From: Octopus vulgaris
Lineage: Eukaryota
Length of the DNA stretch: 64,000 bases
Assembly: GCA_951406725.2 (NCBI GenBank)
Contig: OX597834.1
Location: forward strand, 6,448,001 to 6,512,000
Direction: 5' to 3'
The notes under the pieces were generated by a model, which was given only the letters and a program-made list of their open reading frames with translations, ran no database searches and was not told where the DNA came from. Shown here in pieces: positions 55,660 to 64,000 of this stretch. The translations under genes and the position numbers were made by a program. The stretch's first letter is position 1; every line of letters begins with the position of its first letter.

Positions 55660-56014
55660 GAAACAGTGGTTTTAGCTATGATGGGCAAGTGTGTATGATT
55701 GTTATAGCTTGTAACATGCTATCACAAGCTGCTTTAAGTGAATATAAAGTTGCAAGCAGATAAATATACTCTCTAATTCTTCCCAATCGTGACCCAATGA
55801 AGCATTCTGGATATGACTACAGGAGGGAGAGAGAGACATGTCCTACCAATTAGTTGGTATGATTTTCAGCTGATAAGATTGGAGCAACATTCAATGAACT
55901 GCCATACACAAGGACATGCCAACAGCTCTGTTTGGGAACTGAAACCATGGCCATACCACCACTGCCATTGACACCACCACCACCACCACCACCACCACCA
56001 CTAGCAACATTAGT

Positions 56015-56400
56015 GGAGGTGCAATGGCCCAGTGGTTAGGGCAGCGGACTCACAGTCGGAGGATCGTGGTTTCAATTCCCAGACTGGGCGTTGTGTGTGT
56101 TTATTGAGCGAAAACACCTAAAGCTCCACGAGGCTCCGGCAGGGTGTGGTGGCGACCCCTGTTGTACTCTTTCGCCCCAACTTTCTCTCAGTCTTTCTTC
56201 CTGTCTCTTGTCCCCGACTTCCTACGCAATCGCTGAGCCTGGATGCGCATTCATCCATCCGTCGATGCTCTCGGTGTCGGGGGGGTTGACCTGCTTTCTC
56301 TTCTGCGGCTCTTACGAATAGCAAAGGACCACGTTTCGGACTTCTACCACTACAGAGGCTCAATCTTGTGAGCTCTGGGATGAAGACTGCTTCGCTCAAC
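56015..56400 (+). mobile_element. SINE family D head with a different 3' tail
   Basis: Head matches 29190-29358; tail is unrelated and ends in (CAA/CAG)n. Confidence 0.8.
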
Positions 56401-56868
56401 AGCAACAGCAGCACCAGCAACATTAATATTATTCAGGTGGTGAATTGGCAAAATTGTTTGATGCTAGACAAAATGTCTTTACATTCTGAGATTCAAATTC
56501 CCCCGAGGGCGATTTTACCTTTCTTCATTTCAGGGTCAAGGAAACAACTACCAATTAAGTATTGGAGTTGACATAATTCTCTAGACTCTCCTCCAAAATT
56601 CCAGGACTTGTGCCTATACAAGAAAGGATTATTATTATTACTATCAGTTGAAGTGAGAATCTAACCTATGTGGACAACTTGCTTCAGGACAGTGGAATGG
56701 CAAATGTTGACAAATTAAGAATATGCATAGGGCACCGTGATAAATGGTGTGCTTGTGAGAAATCATTGAAGTGTCAATGAAGATGGCCAAATTGAAACTA
56801 TTATTATTATTATTATTATTATTATTGTTGTTGTTGTTGTTGTTGTTATTATTATCATCATCATCATC

Positions 56869-57858
<990 letters not shown>

Positions 57859-58571
57859 GAAGAATCCGTGTGGGTTAGCTATATCTCTTGGCAGGTACAA
57901 GCTGTAAATCCAAATTCACAAATTTGAGTATAACAATAATTAGACAAAGGATAAACAGTTGACTTTATTGGCTGATATATGCTTTGGAAAGCTTGCATAA
58001 TCATGCCTTCGATATACAATGGCTTTCAATCAATTAAACAGCCAATCTATTAAATAATCAATTAATTAAATACGGGAATGGTGATATTACAAACTTAACT
58101 TATTGAAGCTCAAAAATGGCTCTTTTAGATTTTCTAAAGGCTGCTATGAACTCACTTGCTTAGGTTTAAGAAGTAGATAATGATCTGACTATACTATAGT
58201 CTCTTAGTTGTTGTCTACCTGTAAAGTCTATGGTCAAGAAAGGTCAAGATATTATCAGTTGTTGGAGAATAGAAGTCTGTGAGAAAGAGCACTAGAGAAG
58301 TTTATTAGTATAAAATGTCTGGATTAGTAGCATGATTCATCAGTCAAATACAATGTAATTTTAAAGAAATAATCTGACAAATTCCCACGCAATTTCTATT
58401 TACAAAAATTAGACTTGCAGCCATTAAATGGAATTTTATTAAATAAAAATAAATTTGGTTGAATGAAATATAAAACTAAAACATATCTGGTGTCATACTT
58501 GGCGAATAGAAATTTTAAAAAATCAAAGATTATTTAGTAAAAGTTTGTAACAATATCATGTGGTTACTATT

Positions 58572-58786
58572 AAGGTGGTGAGCAGGTAGAATTGTCAGCA
58601 CTCTGGGTGAAATGCTGAGAGGTATTTTGTCTGTCTGAACATTCTGAGTTCAAATTTTGCCCAAGTCATCTTTGCTTTTCATCCTTTCAGGGTCAATTAA
58701 ACAAGTACCGGTTGAACACTGGGGTCAATGTAATTGATTTGTCCCTTCCCTGAAATTCGTGGCCTTGTACCAAGATTTGAAACCAG
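58572..58786 (+). mobile_element. SINE family B, diverged
   Basis: aaggtggtgagcaggtagaattgtcagc...ttttcatcctttcagggtcaat. Confidence 0.7.
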
Positions 58787-59319
58787 TGTTTTATGGTTAG
58801 TAAGGAAGAAACATAGATGAAATAATTTGGGAATTTAATTAATCTATTAATGATCATCATCATCATTGCCATCGTTTAACGTCTGTTGTCCAATCTGGCA
58901 TGGGTTTAACAGGTTGACCAGAGTTGACAAGCCAGATTTTTCCATTCAGATTTGGTGCGGTTTCTACAACTGGAGGCCCTTCTTAACACCAACCACTTTA
59001 CAGAGCATGCTGTGCACTTTATATATGGCACTGCACAGGTGCTTTTATGTGACACTGCACATGCACTTTCACATGACACCACACGACACCACACATTAAT
59101 ATCTGAGTTAATTTAGAGAGGATTCATTATTGTATTATACGGGCAAACAAGAAGCGGACAGAATCTTTAATAACACATTAGATACAAAGTTTATTTCCTT
59201 ACATCCAATTAAGTTGATTTAGTAGGATCTGAGTGTGTAAATTTTAATATGAAAATCTTAAGAATGTTTTAGTAAATAACTGAACATCATTGTATTTGTT
59301 GTAGTCAACATCATTTATT

Positions 59320-59694
59320 CTCTAGGAAAACGCCGCCGCCGTGCTGAACTCATTCTTGCTCACAACATCATAAGCAGAAAGTGTAACCTCTCGAAAGAGC
59401 TGTTCTTCACTCCTGCTCCAGAGCGTCGGCTGCGGGGTCACTCCGAAAAGCTCTATCTGTAACGATTTCATCTCAATCGAAGGAGAGGGCCTTTCTCCAT
59501 CCGGGTTGTGGATCCGTGGAATAAGCTGCCGGACGAGACAGTGAAGATGCCGACGACCGCTCAGTTCAAAGTCTCTCTTGACCAGAAATGGCCTGAACTC
59601 TTTGCATGAACACCCTCCCTGTACATAACTCAATGTCCTCCTACATGGCCTTGTTTTTTGCTTTTGAGCCCAAAAATTAACTTAACTTAACTTA
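59320..59694 (+). mobile_element. CR1-like LINE 3' fragment
   Basis: KRRRRAELI...RLRGHSEKL...FSIRVVDPWNKLPDETV...FKVSLD with one internal stop; (AACTT)n tail. Confidence 0.85.
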
Positions 59695-60019
59695 GTTATC
59701 ATCATTTTACATCTGCTTTCATACTCCCGTTCTGAGTTAGCTCTTATTTGAAGTTACTATTGCCCCAGACTAGTTGGTGAAGTTTTCTTTTTGACATGGC
59801 TTTTTTATAGCTCGATGTCCTTCATAAAACCATCCACTTTACTGACTGTAATGTTTTATTATGACATCAGCCCTTGAAAGGTTGCTATGACCTTTAAACT
59901 AACAAGCTCTTCTGAATCTATGTCGACACTTCTTGCTAGCCAACCAGCTTACAGCATGTTCTTGAGGCATTTTATCATCACAACAACAAATGAATTTTTC
60001 CGTCATAAATCCTCTGCAT

Positions 60020-60582
60020 TTACCAACCACATGGTCCCGGGTTCAGTCCCACTATGTGGCACCTTGGGCAAGTGTCTTCTACTATAGCCTTGGGCCGACC
60101 AAAGCCTTGTGAGTGGATTTGGTAGACGGAAACTGAAAGAAGCCCGTCGTATATATGTATACCATCATCATCATTATCATCATCATCATCATCGTTTAAC
60201 GTCCGTTCTCCATGCTAGCATGGGTTGGACGGTTCGACCGGGGATCTGGGAAGCCAGAAGGCTGCACCAGGCTCCGGTCTTATCTGGCAATGTTTCTACA
60301 GCTGGATGCCCTTCCTAACGCCAACCACTCCGTGAGTGAAGTGTATATATATATATTTATGTGTGTGTTTATGTGTCTGTTTGTCCCCCAGCGTTGCTTG
60401 ACAACCGATGCTGATGTGTTTATGTCCCCGTTACTTAGCGGTTCGGCAAAAGAGACTGATAGAACAAGTACTGGGCTTACAAAAGAATAAGTCCCGGGGT
60501 CGAGTTGCTCGATTAAAGGCGGTGCTCCAGCATGGCCACAGTCAAATGACTGAAACAAGTAAAAGAGTAAAGAGTAAGAGTA
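60020..60582 (+). mobile_element. SINE family A with a family C fragment (60163-60338, -) in its central microsatellite
   Basis: Both SINE halves flank the insert. Confidence 0.85.
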
Positions 60583-60587
60583 TTTAA

Positions 60588-61720
60588 AGTCCATATTTCA
60601 TTACCCTGTAACATTGTTCTTTATACGCAAACCTCTCATAATCTGCCCTTCACTCTGGGGCATAAAACCTTTGTTACCAACAGAACTTTTTCCATCACAT
60701 TCTTTCTCAAGTCCCAATGCTTTCAGTGCAAGGAACTAGAGATGTCCTGCCTATGAGGTTACTTAAATAGTAAAAAATGCAGTTAATTACTTCTACTGAG
60801 ATTTTCCAAGAATTGAAGAAGTTTATTTTGCATGTAGTAACTACTTTTGTGCACTTGCTACATAGAAAATCTAGTGTCTTTGTCAGCCTGCCTGTAATCC
60901 TATTATATCTCTTGTGCTCCCATTTTCTCACACATGGTATAACAATATATATTTCTTTACAACCCACAAGGGGCTAAACATAGAGGGGACAAACAAGGAC
61001 AGGCAGATGGATTAAGTCGATTACATCGACCCAAGTGTGTAACTGGTACTTTATTTATCGATGCCGAAAGGATGAAAGGCAAAGTCGACCTCGGCGGAAT
61101 TTAAACTCAGAACGTAACGACAGATGAAATAACTCTTTCTTTACTACCCATGAGGGGCTAAACACAGAGGGGACAAACAGAAGGATTAAGTCGATTACAT
61201 CGACCCCAGTGCATAACTGGTACTTATTTAATCGACCCCGAAAGGATGAAAGGCAAAGTCGACCTCGGCCGAATTTGTTCTCAGAACGTAACGACATACG
61301 AAATAACTATTTCTTTACTACCCACAAGGAGCTAAACACAGAGAGGACAAACAAGGACAGACATAGGTATTAAGTCGATTACATCGACCCCAGTGTGTAA
61401 CTGGTACTTAATTTATCGAACCCGAAAGGATGAAAGGGAAAGTCGATCTCGACGGAATTTGAACTCAGAACGTAACGACAGACGAAATACCGCTAAGCAT
61501 TTCGCCCGGTGTGCTAACGTTTCTGCCAGCTCACCGCCTTATGGTATAACAATACAGAATTTCTAACTTCTTGAGTAGGCTCATTTCCTTTATGGAAGCA
61601 AGGTCCTAACTTCTTTCTCATGCTTTAGTCTTTCGAAGTTTACCTTTGACCTCTCAATTTTTTTTTTATTTTGCATCCATGTCTGTAATTTCTTCTCTAA
61701 ACCTTCTTCATATTAAACTA
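60588..61720 (-). pseudogene. Decayed RTE-X-like ORF fragment interrupted by a SINE trimer
   Basis: CVRKWEHKRYNRITGRL...FLCSKC (Cys/His motif) then RVKGRL*EVCV*RTMLQGNEIW. Confidence 0.6.
60948..61540 (-). mobile_element. SINE family B head-to-tail trimer with 14-bp TSD
   Basis: One full unit and two units lacking the 5' head; TSD atggtataacaata at 60934-60947 and 61541-61554. Confidence 0.9.
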
Positions 61721-61911
61721 TATGTATTAGTTCTTCAGCATAGAGAAGTACCTACAGACAGTTTTAAACTTTCTGTTAATGTTCTGTAGAATTATAATTA
61801 TATAATCCTGGACCAACCATAAATAAGAAGAGAGAATTATGGCAAAAGAGTGGGCTGGAAAATTATTATTATTATTATTATCATTGTGGAAAATTATTAT
61901 TATTATTATTA

Positions 61912-62195
61912 TCATTCAGTAGTTTTATTTTTTATAGCGTGCTTTCACTTCACTACCGAGTGTAGCTCTGTGTGCCTTGGGTATGTGCTGTGATTTGTTG
62001 TGGTGCCCTGATGGTTACTGTATTGAAAGTGTTCTGCGTAGGATGTGTGCAGTGCCTAGTAGTGCAATTTTCTGTATGTTATGTGTGTTTGTAAGTCCTG
62101 GTGTTTTTGTTATGCATTTTTCTGAATATTTTTTTATCATGCCTAATGCGCCTGCTATGATAGGAATTGTTTCTGTTTTTAGATTCCACATTCTA

Positions 62196-62197
<2 letters not shown>
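61912..62197 (-). mobile_element. R4/Dong-like (restriction-like endonuclease) non-LTR 3' fragment in a (TAA)n tract
   Basis: RMWNLKTETIPIIAGALG...IQKIALLGTAHILRRTL*; TAA repeats on both sides. Confidence 0.8.
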
Positions 62198-62240
<43 letters not shown>

Positions 62241-62626
62241 GTTGTTTGTGTGAGTTTGGATGTGTGTGTGTGTGTGTATCTATGTGTTAATATTTGAATA
62301 GGTTTGCTGCCAGAGTTGACTTTGCCTTTTGCCCTTTGAGGTTGATAAAAAAAAGAACAGTTGAACATTGGTCAATATAATCACTTCACACCCACCCTCA
62401 AAATTGCTGGCCTTGTGCCAAATTTTGAAACCAAAACTTGCACAGGTCTAAATCTTCATGTTGTTTATGTTGTGTCAATTTTCCTCCTGTAACTTAACAA
62501 TACGATAAAGAAACTCATATAAAATACTTCCACACTGAAATAAGTCCTGCAGCCAATGTAATTTGGCAATGCCCCAGCATGGCCACTGTTCACAGGCTAA
62601 AACTAGTAAAAGAATAACGAAAGAAT

Positions 62627-63024
62627 CTGGCTGTGTGGTAAGTAGCTTGCTTACCTACCTCATAGTTCCGGGTTCAGTCCCACTGCGTGGCATCTTGGGC
62701 AAGTGTCTTCTGCTATAGCCCCGGGCCGACCAATGCCTTGTGAGTGGATTTGGTAGACAGAAACTGAAAGAAGCCCGTCGTATATATGTATATATATATA
62801 TATGTATGTATGTGTGTGTATATGTTTGTGTGTCTGTGTTTGTGTTTGACAATCGATGCTGGTATGTTTACTTCCCCGTCACTTAGCGGTTCGGCAAAAG
62901 AGACCGATACAATAAGTACTGGGCTTACAAAGAATAAGTTCTGGGGTCGATTTGCTCGACTAAATGCGGTGCTCCAGCATGGCCGCAGTCAAATGACTGA
63001 AACAAGTAAAAGAGTAAAAGAGTA
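62627..63024 (+). mobile_element. SINE family A
   Basis: Near full-length match. Confidence 0.9.
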
Positions 63025-63366
63025 TTCATAACTGATATGTTGTAATGTGCAATAGTTGGCAATGAGAAATGGTCCTCTCTGTTATCTATCAAGTCATCAC
63101 TCATCACTCATCACTCAAGAGATGTTGCTGTATGTCTGTATCTTTATCACTTATCTTTCACTCGTTTGAGTCATTGGATTGGGGCCATGCTGGAGCACCA
63201 CCTTGAAGGATATTAGTTGAACAAATTGGCCCCAGTATTATTTTATATAAAGCCTAGAACTTATTCTATTGGTGTCTTTTGCTGAACCGCTAAGTTACAG
63301 GGACATCAACATGAGTGATGGGGGACAGACACTGACAAATACACACACTGATATATATATATATAT

Positions 63367-63412
<46 letters not shown>

Positions 63413-63575
63413 TATATACATACTTAATAATTAGGGTTCAGCAATGATTTGCTTCACCACATACCGAAGTTTAGAAATAGCAGCCAAAAAACCTTAGCTA
63501 TTTCTTCTACTTTAAAAAGGGACTCCCAGAAAAACCAAAATACTTGAAAACAATCCACACAGGCACAATCCACAC

Positions 63576-63716
<141 letters not shown>

Positions 63717-63727
63717 TTACTGGAGTA

Positions 63728-64000
63728 AACACATAAATGTGAAACAAGGTGGAAAGAAAGAGTACTCAAATACCAGAGGTAGAGTAATATGCTTTAGTTA
63801 AAAGCAGCAGAAATTTAATAAAAGCTGTTACTCGGAGTTTCACGTTCCTGTTCTATTTTAACAAAACTGTCCGACGAACGGGGACGTGAAACTCCGAGTA
63901 ACAGCTTTTGTTAAATTTCTGCTGCTTTTAAATAAAGCATATTACTCTACCTCTGGTACTTGAGTACTCTTTTCTCCACCTTGTTTCACATTTATGTGTT
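63728..64000. repeat. Long inverted repeat (63728-63853 / 63876-64000, runs off the window)
   Basis: About 125-bp arms with few mismatches. Confidence 0.9.
63867..63904 (+). ncRNA. Type I hammerhead motif (C4 variant) at the centre of the inverted repeat
   Basis: CUGU-CCGACGA-ACG(GGGA)CGU-GAAA-CUCCGAG-UA-ACAG. Confidence 0.65.

Noticed and set aside
56015-56090. tRNA gene
   Set aside because: A/B boxes continue into a SINE body, no clean cloverleaf or terminator

Overview
AT-rich, repeat-saturated eukaryotic (metazoan) non-coding DNA. The repeat families (tRNA-derived SINEs, a Meta-domain element, very dense TA/CAT/TAT microsatellites) suggest an octopus/cephalopod genome; that is an inference. 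No intact host protein-coding gene is supported: nearly all supplied ORFs are microsatellite or SINE artefacts. Only weak minus-strand exon candidates were seen. The window holds about 40 SINE-like copies from four families, decayed Tc1/mariner transposons (one full-length mariner with TIRs), non-autonomous Helitrons and a Helentron-type element, piggyBac-like MITEs, and 3' fragments of RTE, RTE-X, CR1 and R4/Dong-like LINEs. The most striking signal is a set of type I hammerhead ribozyme motifs in AT-rich Penelope-like/retrozyme-like repeats. The best case is a near-identical 507-bp tandem array plus inverted copy at 46131-47709, with one complete minus-strand hammerhead in each full unit. 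Several hammerheads in unrelated repeats share a palindromic helix III that would need dimerisation, and in two repeats the inversion junction lies at the ribozyme. All coordinates were read by eye and boundaries are approximate.
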